64,000 bases of DNA from Anaerolineae bacterium. GTDB lineage: Bacteria; Chloroflexota; Anaerolineae; Anaerolineales; UBA11579. Under the pieces are notes generated by a model. It did not search any database. It worked only from the letters and a program-made list of their open reading frames with translations, and was not told where the DNA came from. Shown here piece after piece: positions 1 through 9,609 of this stretch. The translations under genes and the position numbers were made by a program. The number at the start of each line of letters is the position of its first letter. The first letter of the stretch is position 1. The stretch spans positions 9,159 to 73,158 of the forward strand of contig SCUK01000052.1 of assembly GCA_004297445.1 (NCBI GenBank). The letters are read 5' to 3'.

Positions 1-558
1 GTGCGCGCCGCCCTTCCGGAGCTGCCCTACGCGCGGGCGCAGCGCTTTGAACGCCAGTATGGCCTGGAGGCGTACGACGCGCGGGTGCTGACGGCTGACA
101 CCGACGTGGCGAATTATTTTGAAGAACTGGCAAAGAACGTACCGGCCAAGGCGGCGGCCAACTGGCTGACCGGCGAGGTGTTCTCCTGGCTCAACGAGCG
201 CGGGCTGGGCATTGCCGCATTCCCGCTGAATTCGGAAGCGCTGGCGGCGCTGGTGCGCATGGCGGCCGATGGCGACATCAGTCTGAATACGGCCAAGAGC
301 GTGCTGGGCGAAATGCTGACGAGCGGCGGTACGGCGGCGGAAATCGTGGCGGCGAAGAACCTGGGGCTGGTGTCCGACCCCGAGGCGATTGCCGGATGGG
401 TACGCGCGGCACTGGCGGCGCACCCGGAGCAGGTAGCGGGGTATCAGGGCGGCAAGACGGGCCTGAAGCAATTCCTGTTCGGGCAGGCAATGCGGCTTTC
501 GGACGGGCGCGCCGACCCGGGCCTGTTGCAGGAGGAATTGGCGCGGCAGTTGGGGTGA
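1..558 (+). CDS. gatB: aspartyl/glutamyl-tRNA amidotransferase subunit B, C-terminal fragment (5' end outside window)
   Basis: Frame open to window edge, TGA at 556-558; translation LPELPYARAQRFERQYGLEAYDARVLT...KQFLFGQAMRLSDGRADPGLLQEEL looks like the helical/YqeY-like tail of GatB. Confidence 0.9.
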   Translation: MRAALPELPYARAQRFERQYGLEAYDARVLTADTDVANYFEELAKNVPAKAAANWLTGEVFSWLNERGLGIAAFPLNSEALAALVRMAADGDISLNTAKSVLGEMLTSGGTAAEIVAAKNLGLVSDPEAIAGWVRAALAAHPEQVAGYQGGKTGLKQFLFGQAMRLSDGRADPGLLQEELARQLG

Positions 559-593
559 GGGGGTACAGTGGGCTTTAATGCAGCGGGCTATTG

Positions 594-613
594 CAGTGGG
601 CTGAAGCCCACTG
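594..613 (+). terminator. putative intrinsic terminator after gatB
   Basis: Hairpin CAGTGGGC-tgaa-GCCCACTG 36 nt after the gatB stop, followed by tctggtt (weak U tract). Confidence 0.4.
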
Positions 614-669
614 TCTGGTTAAGAGAGGGCGGCCGCTACGTTCAGCATAAGAACTGAGATCAGGTATTC

Positions 670-760
670 TCATTCTGAGGGAAGCGGCGAAGCCGCTGAC
701 CGAAGAATCTGATTCCCAATCGAAAAGACAGATTCTTCGTCGCTACGCGGCTCAGAATGA
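670..760. repeat. REP-like element, two inverted units forming a ~90-nt imperfect palindrome
   Basis: TCATTCTGAGG...CGAAGAATCTG (670-711) is the inverted complement of CAGATTCTTCG...CTCAGAATGA (729-760); unit resembles copies at 35304-35329 and 61101-61127. Confidence 0.7.
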
Positions 761-763
761 CAA

Positions 764-1258
764 CTAATAATCCCGCAGCATGCGGTCATTGCCGCGCTGG
801 AGTTCCCACGGATAGACGATGAAGGCGTCGGTGCTGGCGGCGAAATAATCCGGGCGGGTGTTGCCGAACAGGTTGCGGTGGGGGTTGAAATGCAGGACAC
901 AGGTGCTGGGCATGCCGCCGGCGGCGGAGACGCGGTTCTTGACGGCGGTGCTGTGACGGCCGGAACCCCAGACGTCATCCACCACGAGGACACGGCGGCC
1001 GGAAATCTTGTCCGGGTCGGGGAACTGGATGAATTGCGGCCAGGCGAGCAGTTTGGAGCGCTCGCCTTCCACCTCAGCGGGAAAATCTACGGCGGCAGTG
1101 AGGATGTGGGTGATGCCCATCGCCTCGGCCAGCATGCCGCCGGGGACGATGCCGCCACGCGTGATGATGACCATGGCGTCAAACTCATGGTCGAACTGAA
1201 CGATAAGGTGGTCAATGAGCCTGTTGACTTCTTCCCATGGAATCAGTTCACGGCGCAT
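764..1258 (-). CDS. purine-type phosphoribosyltransferase family protein
   Basis: ATG at 1258 inside ORF 764..1468; MRRELIPWEEV...; PRPP-binding loop RRVLVVDDVWGSGRHSTAV; upstream ORF extension is Ala/Pro/Cys-rich noise. Confidence 0.75.
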   Translation of the reverse strand: MRRELIPWEEVNRLIDHLIVQFDHEFDAMVIITRGGIVPGGMLAEAMGITHILTAAVDFPAEVEGERSKLLAWPQFIQFPDPDKISGRRVLVVDDVWGSGRHSTAVKNRVSAAGGMPSTCVLHFNPHRNLFGNTRPDYFAASTDAFIVYPWELQRGNDRMLRDY

Positions 1259-1307
1259 GGGTTCTCCAGAGTGCGGTGTGGGTGCGGTTTCTTTAAGATT
1301 CAGCCTA

Positions 1308-3905
1308 TTATAGCAAGGAAACCGGACCGACTTCAATGCGCCAGCCGGGCAGGTCCCGCCCGCGCAGCAGGCCGGCGGGGTCCGGACCGCGCAGGAGGAT
1401 TTGCCAGCGGGTTTCACCGCCGATGCGAGCGAAGAAACAGGGGGCCGGGCCAACAATTTCCGTGGCACGGCGTTTTTCCTGCGCCAGCCAGCCCTTCACC
1501 TGCGCCGCTAACGTTTCGGCGCGCTGCTGGGCGGCGGCGGGGTTTCGGTCGCGGGTTTCCAGACGCACCAATTCGGCAAACGGCGGGTAGCCGAGCGCCC
1601 GGCGGGCGTCCAGTTCGGAGGCGATGAAGCCGGCATAGTCATGCCCGGCAGCGAACTGGATGACGGGATGCTCTGGCTGGAAGGTCTGGAGGATGACGCG
1701 CCCGCCCAGCGGGCTGCGCCCGGCGCGCCCTGCCACCTGCGCCAGCACCTGGAAGGCGCGCTCGGCGGCGAAGGGGTCCGGCAGGGTGAGGCCGACATCC
1801 GCCAGCACCGCGCCGACGAGGGTGACGCGCGGCAGGTCCAGACCCTTGGCGAGCATCTGGGTGCCGATGAGGATATCGGCGCGGTGGTTGGTGAAGTGGC
1901 TGAGAATGACTTCGTGGGCGCCCTTCTGGCGGGTGGTTTCGTGGTCCCAACGCAGCAGACGCGCATCCGGAAACAAGGTCTGAACTTCCTCTTCCACGCG
2001 CTGGGTGCCGATGCCGTAATGCCGGATGCGGGGGGACTGGCAATTGGGGCAAGTTTCCGGCATTTGGCGCGAATAGCCGCAGAAATGGCAGATCAAGTGG
2101 CCTGCGGCCACTTGATTCGGGAGAACGCCTCCGGCGTTCTCCACCCGGTCAGCAGGTTTTGATTTGGCAGTCCGGCCGGCGTCGCCTTGTTCAGTATGCA
2201 GGGTCAGGGTTGTCTCGCAGCGCGGGCATTTGAGAATGTGGCCGCAATCGCGGCAGAAGACATAGGTGGCGGCGCCGCGCCGGTTAAGGAACAGGATGGC
2301 CTGCTGTTTGTTTTGCAGGACTTCGGCAAGGGCGGCGTGCAGGGCGCGGCTGAAGATACTGCTGTTGCCGCCTTTCAACTCGGCGCGCATATCAACCACA
2401 TCCACCGGCGGCAGGTCGGTCATCTCGGCATCGTCGCCGGCGGGCTGGAAGCGGGCGGCGGGAGCGCCAAAAGTTTTGCCATAGGCGGCCACCGTCTCAC
2501 GGTGGGCGAGGATGCGGGCGGGCAGTTCCAGCAGGGTGATGTCGCCCTTTTGGGCGCGAGCGAAAGTCACGGCATCCGGCGTGGCCGAACCGAGCAGGCA
2601 AACTGCGCCGGTCAGGCCGGCAAGGGTCAGCGCGGCGCGGCGGGCGTGGTAATAGGGCAACGGATTATCCTGAAAATAGGAACCATCATGCTCCTCGTCC
2701 ACCACAATCAGGCCGATGTCCGGAAGCGGGGTAAAGAGCGCCGAGCGCGGGCCGATGATGACGGACAGGCCGCCGGCGCGGGCGCGCCGCCAGGTGTCGT
2801 AGCGCTCGCCTTCGGAGAGGCCGGAATGCACCAGGCCCACCCGTCCGGGGAAGCGCGCCAGGAAGCGGCGCACGGTTTGCGGCGTGAGGGCGATTTCGGG
2901 GACGAGGACGATGGCCTGTTTGCCGTGGCGCAGGGTCTCGGCGACGGCGCGCAGGTAGATTTCGGTCTTGCCGGAGCCGGTAACCCCGTGCAGCAGAAAG
3001 GGCTTGACCTTCTGGCCTCGGCGAGCGGACTCAATTCCGGCGCGGACGATTTCCCAGGCGCGGACCTGGTCTGTGGTGAGAGCGGGTGGGGCGGCGGGGT
3101 CGTAGGCCAGACCGGCCAGTGGGTCGCGCCAGGCTTCTTCTTCGCGCAGCATCACCAACCCTTTTTCATCCAGAGTGCGCAGGTCTTCCAGTTTGCCGCC
3201 GCTCTCGGCGTACACCCAGTTCACATCCACCGAGCCGGGTTCGCGTAGCAGAAATTCCAGCATCTTCTGGCGGCGCGCCTGTGTGGCGGGCGTACTGCCC
3301 AGCCCCTGCATGTTCGCCAGCACGAACTCCGGCGGGGCGCTCAGTTGCGCGGTGCGGATGTATTTGGCACGCACGCGCGGCGGCGGCAGGATGGGCTGGG
3401 CGGCCAGCACGCCAGCCTTCACCAGCGCGCGGGCCGCGGGTCGCCAGTTGGTTTTGGGGAGGGCATGGTCCAGTTGGGCGCCACGCAGCGGGCCGCGCTT
3501 ATCGAGTTCGGCGAGAATGCGCTGCTGGGTGGCGTTGAGCGCCGGGCGGGGAGAATCCGTAACGGTGTACAGGGTATCGGCCTGCTGGGCGAGGCCGGCC
3601 GGCAGCATCAGGCTGATGCAGGCAGCCAGCGGGGCGAGCGTATCCATGGCGAGGCGGCGCGCCAGGTTGATTTGGTGAGGCGTGAGCACCGCGGCGGCAT
3701 CCACCAGCGCTTCAACGGCTTTGGTCTCCGGTACTTCGGGCGTGTCCACGAACCCGAGCACGACGCCATGCGCCTGCTGGCTGCCGAATGGCACGGTGAC
3801 GAGATGGCCGGGCCGCGCGTGGCCTTCGAGTTCCGGCGGCAGATGGTAATGGAACACGCCGCTCAGGCTGGGGATGTTGACGGCGATTTCAACGTAGGTG
3901 GGCAT
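1308..3905 (-). CDS. priA: primosomal protein N' (replication restart helicase PriA)
   Basis: 865 aa; N-terminal MPTYVEIAVNIPSLSGVFHYHLP...GHLVTVPFG, Walker A GVTGSGKTE, DEEH box, Cys-rich zinc region CRDCGHILKCPRC...CHFCGY...CPNCQS. Confidence 0.95.
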   Translation of the reverse strand: MPTYVEIAVNIPSLSGVFHYHLPPELEGHARPGHLVTVPFGSQQAHGVVLGFVDTPEVPETKAVEALVDAAAVLTPHQINLARRLAMDTLAPLAACISLMLPAGLAQQADTLYTVTDSPRPALNATQQRILAELDKRGPLRGAQLDHALPKTNWRPAARALVKAGVLAAQPILPPPRVRAKYIRTAQLSAPPEFVLANMQGLGSTPATQARRQKMLEFLLREPGSVDVNWVYAESGGKLEDLRTLDEKGLVMLREEEAWRDPLAGLAYDPAAPPALTTDQVRAWEIVRAGIESARRGQKVKPFLLHGVTGSGKTEIYLRAVAETLRHGKQAIVLVPEIALTPQTVRRFLARFPGRVGLVHSGLSEGERYDTWRRARAGGLSVIIGPRSALFTPLPDIGLIVVDEEHDGSYFQDNPLPYYHARRAALTLAGLTGAVCLLGSATPDAVTFARAQKGDITLLELPARILAHRETVAAYGKTFGAPAARFQPAGDDAEMTDLPPVDVVDMRAELKGGNSSIFSRALHAALAEVLQNKQQAILFLNRRGAATYVFCRDCGHILKCPRCETTLTLHTEQGDAGRTAKSKPADRVENAGGVLPNQVAAGHLICHFCGYSRQMPETCPNCQSPRIRHYGIGTQRVEEEVQTLFPDARLLRWDHETTRQKGAHEVILSHFTNHRADILIGTQMLAKGLDLPRVTLVGAVLADVGLTLPDPFAAERAFQVLAQVAGRAGRSPLGGRVILQTFQPEHPVIQFAAGHDYAGFIASELDARRALGYPPFAELVRLETRDRNPAAAQQRAETLAAQVKGWLAQEKRRATEIVGPAPCFFARIGGETRWQILLRGPDPAGLLRGRDLPGWRIEVGPVSLL

Positions 3906-3934
3906 GGGGCGAAGTCCATCCCTCCCGCCCAGAA

Positions 3935-6181
3935 TCAGGGCAGGTAACTGATGTAAACCTGGTTGTCCAACGCGAGGAACACCGCCCGGGTGGGACTGAT
4001 GGCAAAGGCGGTGGCGATGCCATCCGGGAAACCGGTCTGGACGCGATACTGGCGCACCAGATTCACGCGCATGCTGAAATGGTAGATTGAGCGCGTGATG
4101 GGATCGAGGAAGAACAGCGATGGTTCAGGGGGTTCGGTGCGCAGCAGTTTGTAGAACGTGGCGCCTTCCATCTGCGGGCCGCTGGTGCGGCCGGGGCGGC
4201 TGTCGGTATAGGTGGCCGGGTCCTCGCAGCGGGTGGGGGACTCATCCAGCAAGCTGAACACGCACAGGGTGTAATGACCGTCGCTGTGCAGGAGGAAGAG
4301 GTCATCGCCGCTGGCGGTGAGGTCGATGGCGGTATCCAGCCGGGGGACTTCGGCAGAGAAGAAGAAACGCGGCGGGTTGCGGAACTGACCGTCCTCGCCG
4401 CTGTAGCGCCACACGGCATTGGTGAGCGGGTCTAGGATGTAGAGGCTGTCATTGTCCAGTGACATGGCGACCGGGTTGCCCCAGGCGCTGTCCGGCGGTA
4501 CCAGCGGCGCGGCCAGCGGGGCTTCCTCGGGGATGCAGTACAACAGATTTCCGTTGGCATCCATTGCCAGCACGGTGGCGCCGAATTCATTGATGGGCAG
4601 GGCGGCCATATCCACCAGCGGGCCAACGATGTACGCGCCGTACTGCGCCGGCCCGCAGGAGAAGTCCGGGTCCAGTTCGTAGCCGCTGCCGGTGAGCCAG
4701 GCGCGCAGAACGCTGCCGCTGTTGGCATCCAGCAGGTAGAGGTCGGTGCCATTCACCGCCATCTGGCGAATGCGGACGTTGGGGTTGAGCGTGCCGGCAA
4801 TGGCCGGGCTGAAGTTCAGGCGGAACAGGCCTTCCAAATCATCCAGGGCGGTCTGGGCCTGGGCGCGCAGGGCTTCGGTATCCGAGGTCGTGCGATAAAT
4901 CTCGGCGCGGTCGAGGTAGAAGATGACATTCTGCCAGGCGGCGGACGCGGCGTCTTTTTCTTCTGCGGCGGCGGCAGTCAGGGCGCTGGCCTGTGCCTGT
5001 TCGAGATAAGACTGGTAGCCCTGGTCACGGCCGAGGTTGAGGTACACCACGAGGGCAATGGTGGTGAGGATGACGGGCACCACCACCGCGATGATGGCCA
5101 TGGTGGACGTTGGGAGCGTGAAGAGTTCATCCCCGGGGAGGATGCGGCTAAGACCGGCGCGCAACGCCGAGCCGGTGCGCCGCACCAGCGGCCCCATCGC
5201 CTGCCGGACCCTGGCAAACGCCGGGCCGAGGGAGGGCATGGACCGCGTGCGGGGGGTCGCTTCCTCATCGTCCCTGGTGAAGGTAGGCGGCACTTCCGTC
5301 GCGACGGAATCGGCAGGGCGGGTGCGAACGACAGGTTGCGGCAGAGGTTCGGGTTCGGGAACCTCCAACGGCTGGCGGGACGGGCGTTCAATTTGCGCGG
5401 CTGGACGTTCCGCGGCGCGCGCAGTTGGCGGGGCGGCGTGCGGAGTCGGGTCGGCAGCGCGCGGGGCAGGCTCGGCGGCGCCCTGCAAAACGGCCGGGGC
5501 ACGCAGGAGGTTCAGCGCGCCCGCGCCGCGGCGGCTTTCCAGCACGATGGCCTGCAAGTTATCGCCGGCATCCGCCAGGTAACGGCGGGCGGCAGAGGCC
5601 AGCGGGCGGCCGGCCGATTCTTTGATGGTGCTGGATTTCCAGGTGGCCGGCAGGCGCGGCGTGATGAGCAGCAGCGCGCCTTCGGTCAGTTCGGTCTGGA
5701 AATAGCGCACCTGCGGCGTGCGGGACACGCCCAGACCGCGGCCGGAGGTATGCGGATCGTGCAGGTGCTCGATGTTCTGACGGGTGATGAGGAAACCGTG
5801 CGAAGGGCCGCACTGTGCCATGTAGAGCATGTCGTCGCGGGCGGTCATCAACGTCAGGTACACCACAGTGGGCTCACTGCCGCGCAGGTTACGGTTCATC
5901 AGGGCTTCGTTGAGGTTCTCGGCCAGCCCCTTGAGGACCGACGTGGCCGACCCCGCCGTGCTGTAGAAGCCGCGTTCGAGGCTGTTAAGCAGATTGTTCT
6001 GCTGTTCGCGTGAGAGCGCCGGGCCACTTTCGACATGCAGGTAAGCGATGAAGCGGTCGTTCTTGCGGCCGCGGGCGGTGCGGCGCGGCGGCAGGGCCAC
6101 GTGCACGCCGGGCAACGAGGGATAATCGCGCCCTTCGGCGCGGTTCAGGGGAAGCAGGTTAATGTCGTAGGTGTCAGCCAT
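3935..6181 (-). CDS. membrane protein: degenerate PP2C/SpoIIE-like N-domain, Pro/Ala-rich linker, one TM, repeat-rich (beta-propeller-like) C-domain
   Basis: ATG at 6181 (MADTYDINLL); TM segment MAIIAVVVPVILTTIALVVYL; about six repeats of type DLYLLD/SLYILD/DLFLLH/SLFFLD in the C-terminal half; function unknown. Confidence 0.6.
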   Translation of the reverse strand: MADTYDINLLPLNRAEGRDYPSLPGVHVALPPRRTARGRKNDRFIAYLHVESGPALSREQQNNLLNSLERGFYSTAGSATSVLKGLAENLNEALMNRNLRGSEPTVVYLTLMTARDDMLYMAQCGPSHGFLITRQNIEHLHDPHTSGRGLGVSRTPQVRYFQTELTEGALLLITPRLPATWKSSTIKESAGRPLASAARRYLADAGDNLQAIVLESRRGAGALNLLRAPAVLQGAAEPAPRAADPTPHAAPPTARAAERPAAQIERPSRQPLEVPEPEPLPQPVVRTRPADSVATEVPPTFTRDDEEATPRTRSMPSLGPAFARVRQAMGPLVRRTGSALRAGLSRILPGDELFTLPTSTMAIIAVVVPVILTTIALVVYLNLGRDQGYQSYLEQAQASALTAAAAEEKDAASAAWQNVIFYLDRAEIYRTTSDTEALRAQAQTALDDLEGLFRLNFSPAIAGTLNPNVRIRQMAVNGTDLYLLDANSGSVLRAWLTGSGYELDPDFSCGPAQYGAYIVGPLVDMAALPINEFGATVLAMDANGNLLYCIPEEAPLAAPLVPPDSAWGNPVAMSLDNDSLYILDPLTNAVWRYSGEDGQFRNPPRFFFSAEVPRLDTAIDLTASGDDLFLLHSDGHYTLCVFSLLDESPTRCEDPATYTDSRPGRTSGPQMEGATFYKLLRTEPPEPSLFFLDPITRSIYHFSMRVNLVRQYRVQTGFPDGIATAFAISPTRAVFLALDNQVYISYLP

Positions 6182-6314
6182 GTCGTCTTTGTGAGCGCCG
6201 CACGGCGCGCTGCCATCCATTATAAGTTGTGCGCGCCCTTATGCTGGTAGAATCGCAGCGGCAAGTTTGGCAAGGCCATCGAACGCATCCACGCCCACAG
6301 GAAATCCCCGCCCC

Positions 6315-7340
6315 ATGCCATTGACCGTCCTCCGCAGCGAAGCCGAATGGGCCAGCCTGGCCGCCGAATGGAACGCACTGCTTGACTCCAGTGCAACCGA
6401 CGTGCCGTTTCTGCGCCATGAATACCTGATGGCGTGGTGGCAACACCGCGGCGGCGGCGAATGGCCAGCGGAGAGCGAACTGTTTATCGTGGTTGCGCGG
6501 GATGAGGCTGGCGCGCTGGTGGGCATCGCCCCGCTGTTCTTTGCGCCGGACAAGACCGGGCAACCCGCTCTGTTGCTGCTGGGCAGCGTGGAAATCAGCG
6601 ATTTCCTCGACCTGATCGCCCGACCGGAGGACCTGCCGGGGTTCATCACGGAGTTGTTGACACTTCTCACCGGGCCGGACGCGCCCGCATGGCAACGGCT
6701 GGAGTGGCTGAACCTGCTGGAAGACTCCCCCACCCTGCCGGCGCTGAAAGCCGCCGCCGAAGCCGCCGGGCTGACCTACACCCAGGAACGGCTGCAGCCG
6801 GCGCCGTACATCCCCCTGAATGGCGATTTTGACGCGTGGCTGGAATCGATTGACGGCAAGGAACGCCAGGAATTGCGGCGCAAACTGCGCAACGCCGGGC
6901 GCTACCCGGCCCCGGTATCCTTGTACCGGCTGGAGGACGAGGCGACCTTTGATGACGAGTTCACCCAGTTCGGTCTGCTGATGAAACAGGAACGCGGCAA
7001 ACAGGATTTTCTGACACCGGAAATGGGAAGCCAAATGGCAGCGATTGCCCGGGCGGCATTGAAAGCAGGCTATCTCGACCTGCGCTTCCTTACGGCGGGC
7101 AAACAGAAGGCAGCGGCACTGTTCTGCTTTGACTACAAGAACCGCATCTGGGGGTACAACTCCGGGCTGGAAACCCGCTTCGCGGACCTCTCGCCGGGGG
7201 CAGTGCTGCTGGGCCTCACGCTGATGGACGCCTGCGAGACAAACCGTGAGGCGTTTGACTTCATGCGCGGGGACGAGGAATACAAATACCGCTATGGCGG
7301 CGTGGCGCGCTGGGTGGTGCGCGCCCGGATTGAACGATGA
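6315..7340 (+). CDS. GNAT-fold acetyltransferase, CelD/BcsL-like (Acetyltransf_6-type)
   Basis: ATG at 6315 (MPLTVLRSEAEW); C-terminal FDFMRGDEEYKYRYGG signature typical of this family; the ORF-track TTG start at 6267 is also possible. Confidence 0.65.
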   Translation: MPLTVLRSEAEWASLAAEWNALLDSSATDVPFLRHEYLMAWWQHRGGGEWPAESELFIVVARDEAGALVGIAPLFFAPDKTGQPALLLLGSVEISDFLDLIARPEDLPGFITELLTLLTGPDAPAWQRLEWLNLLEDSPTLPALKAAAEAAGLTYTQERLQPAPYIPLNGDFDAWLESIDGKERQELRRKLRNAGRYPAPVSLYRLEDEATFDDEFTQFGLLMKQERGKQDFLTPEMGSQMAAIARAALKAGYLDLRFLTAGKQKAAALFCFDYKNRIWGYNSGLETRFADLSPGAVLLGLTLMDACETNREAFDFMRGDEEYKYRYGGVARWVVRARIER

Positions 7341-7353
7341 ACCGGAGGAATCG

Positions 7354-8616
7354 ATGATGCTTGACCTGAACGCCATCCGCGCCCAGTTCCCGGCCTTTGA
7401 GAAGCGCCCGGCGATTTACTTTGACAACCCGGCGGGCACGCAGGTGGCGCGCCAGAGCGCTGACCGCATGCTGGGCTACCTGCTGGACACCAACAGCAAC
7501 AAGGGCGGCGCGTTCGCGCTCAGCCGCGAGAGCGATGCGGTACTGGACGAAGCGCGCCAGGCAGCGGCGGATTTCCTCGGCGCAGGGCGCAAGGAAGAAA
7601 TCGTCTTCGGGCCCAATATGACCTCGCTCACCCTGCACCTCAGCCGGTCGCTGGCGCACACGCTGAACCCCGGAGACAGAGTGCTGGTGACGCGGCTGGA
7701 CCATGACGCCAACATCAGCCCGTGGACGCGGGTGGCGGAGGAACGCGGGGCGGAAGTGGTGTGGGTGGATTTTGACGTGGAAGATGGCACGCTGAACGCC
7801 GACAGCCTGCGAGCGGCGCTGGACCGCGCCCCAAAACTGGCGGCCATCGGCTACGCCAGCAACGCGCTGGGTACGATTAACCCGGTGAAGGACATCATCC
7901 GGCAGGCACGGGCAGCGGGCGTGGAGACGATTTTCATCGACGCGGTGCAGTATGCCCCGCACGGGCCGATTGACGTGCAGGACCTGGGCTGTGATTTCCT
8001 CGCCTGCTCGGCGTACAAGTTCTTTGGGCCGCACCTCGGTTTACTTTATGGGCGCTACGACCTGCTGGACGGACTGACGGCCTACAAGGTACGCCCGGCC
8101 AGCAACAAGCCGCCGTACAAATGGGAGACCGGCACCGGCAACCATGAAGGCATCGCCGGGATGCTGGGCGCGCTGGAGTACCTGGGTTGGCTGGGCGAGA
8201 CGTATGGCGCGGCGCAGGAAGCACAGCTGGCCGAGAGGTATTCCGGCCGCGGCCTGCAACTCCGCAAGGGGCTGGCGGCGCTGCGGGCGTATGAGTTCGA
8301 ATTGAGCCGCGCGATGCTGGACATGCTGACCAGCCTGCCAAAAGTGCGGCTGTATGGACTGGCGGACCCGCGCCGGATAGAGGAGCGCGTGCCGACTTTC
8401 TCGATCAATATTGAGGGGATGCGCCCGCATGATGTTGCGGTGGAACTGGACAGGCGCGGCATTTACGCCTGGGACGGCAACTACTACGCGCTGGCCGTGA
8501 CGCAGCGGTTGGGCGTGGAGGACAGCGGCGGCATGGTCCGGTTGGGGCCGGTGCACTACAACACGATGGACGAAGTGCACAAGGTAGGCGAGGCGCTGGC
8601 GGAAATCAGCGGATAA
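7354..8616 (+). CDS. class V aminotransferase, cysteine desulfurase-like protein
   Basis: ATG at 7354, 13 nt after the preceding stop; MMLDLNAIRAQFPAFEK...; PLP-lysine context CSAYKFFGPHLGLLYG; TAA at 8614-8616. Confidence 0.8.
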   Translation: MMLDLNAIRAQFPAFEKRPAIYFDNPAGTQVARQSADRMLGYLLDTNSNKGGAFALSRESDAVLDEARQAAADFLGAGRKEEIVFGPNMTSLTLHLSRSLAHTLNPGDRVLVTRLDHDANISPWTRVAEERGAEVVWVDFDVEDGTLNADSLRAALDRAPKLAAIGYASNALGTINPVKDIIRQARAAGVETIFIDAVQYAPHGPIDVQDLGCDFLACSAYKFFGPHLGLLYGRYDLLDGLTAYKVRPASNKPPYKWETGTGNHEGIAGMLGALEYLGWLGETYGAAQEAQLAERYSGRGLQLRKGLAALRAYEFELSRAMLDMLTSLPKVRLYGLADPRRIEERVPTFSINIEGMRPHDVAVELDRRGIYAWDGNYYALAVTQRLGVEDSGGMVRLGPVHYNTMDEVHKVGEALAEISG

Positions 8617-8742
8617 AATGAATCCTTAAGAATATCTTCGACATGCGGATTTCTTGGGCAAATCCGATGTGGGGAGTGATTCAACCCAAGCCGCAGCAAG
8701 CAGGATTGTTGCGATTGATTTTCAAGAATCAGTAAACGGCTT

Positions 8743-9375
8743 CTATTTCAGCCATTCGGGATCGAATTCAATCGTACTAAGCACTAAATCATAATTTGTG
8801 ACGCCAACTGCCTGCCATGAATCTTCTTCATCAGCGGGTGCTCCGAAACCAAATGCAATGAACGTATTGATATCGCCCTCGACATAGTGATATTCACCCT
8901 CAAACCCCTCTGCCTGCATTGTTCCAGAAAACCCGCTCAACCCGTCTAAACAGATGGCTGACTCTTTGCCAAACTGGATATCATCCACGGTCTCCAATGG
9001 GCTAAGGCCCAGCCAGTAGAGCCATATGTCAATATATCCACGAACGGCTGTGTACGTGTTGGCGGCGGATGAAGATTCTTCATAGGATGACAGAATACCT
9101 GCAAGAGATTCATTGGATTCCATGCCCAAGCGAATGATAGTAACATATTCGGTATTATTCAGAAATACGCCTGCGCCCCACTCTCCAACGCCCCACTCTC
9201 CAGCTTCTGTGCCTTGTGGTGGCTGGAATGAAAAACCTCCGAATTCCTGTCGATCTCCCAGCAGGAATTGAGATGAAGGGCTGGCAGAATCTCTCGAACC
9301 TTGAACGCACGTCGGGCTGCAAGCCCACAGGGTTAGAGGAAAGAACACTAAGATCACCCATTTTCGATGTTTCAT
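8743..9375 (-). CDS. hypothetical lipoprotein
   Basis: 210 aa; signal plus lipobox MKHRKWVILVFFPLTLWAC; lies in low-G+C DNA (24 of 60 G+C in 8761-8820 by hand count). Confidence 0.6.
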   Translation of the reverse strand: MKHRKWVILVFFPLTLWACSPTCVQGSRDSASPSSQFLLGDRQEFGGFSFQPPQGTEAGEWGVGEWGAGVFLNNTEYVTIIRLGMESNESLAGILSSYEESSSAANTYTAVRGYIDIWLYWLGLSPLETVDDIQFGKESAICLDGLSGFSGTMQAEGFEGEYHYVEGDINTFIAFGFGAPADEEDSWQAVGVTNYDLVLSTIEFDPEWLK

Positions 9376-9609
9376 TCGGCTTCATCATAGCAGAATGAAG
9401 AACCGAAGGCAATCTCACAAAAGTTCATTGCTCACTATAGCAAAACAGGCCCGCTGGCGAATCTAGGCCAGGAAAAGATTGCAGTTGGATGAGTTGATAA
9501 GGGGAAAATGCGGCCCGAGTATTAGAACGACAATCACCGACGTGAGGGGAGTTTTGATTTATTGGAAGGCTACTACCTTCGCAGCAGTGGGAATTATCCA
9601 ACTGCTGCC

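Noticed and set aside
6174-7376. 400-aa minus-strand ORF opposite the CelD-like GNAT gene. Similar long shadow ORFs occur at 14379..15338, 17041..18198, 21695..23215, 34028..34906, 37192..38295, 38601..39731, 51329..52195, 52835..54376 and 60324..61214.
   Set aside because: Each overlaps a well-supported gene on the other strand, has no recognisable motifs and shows the biased R/G/A/P/H composition expected from reading G+C-rich coding DNA in the wrong frame.
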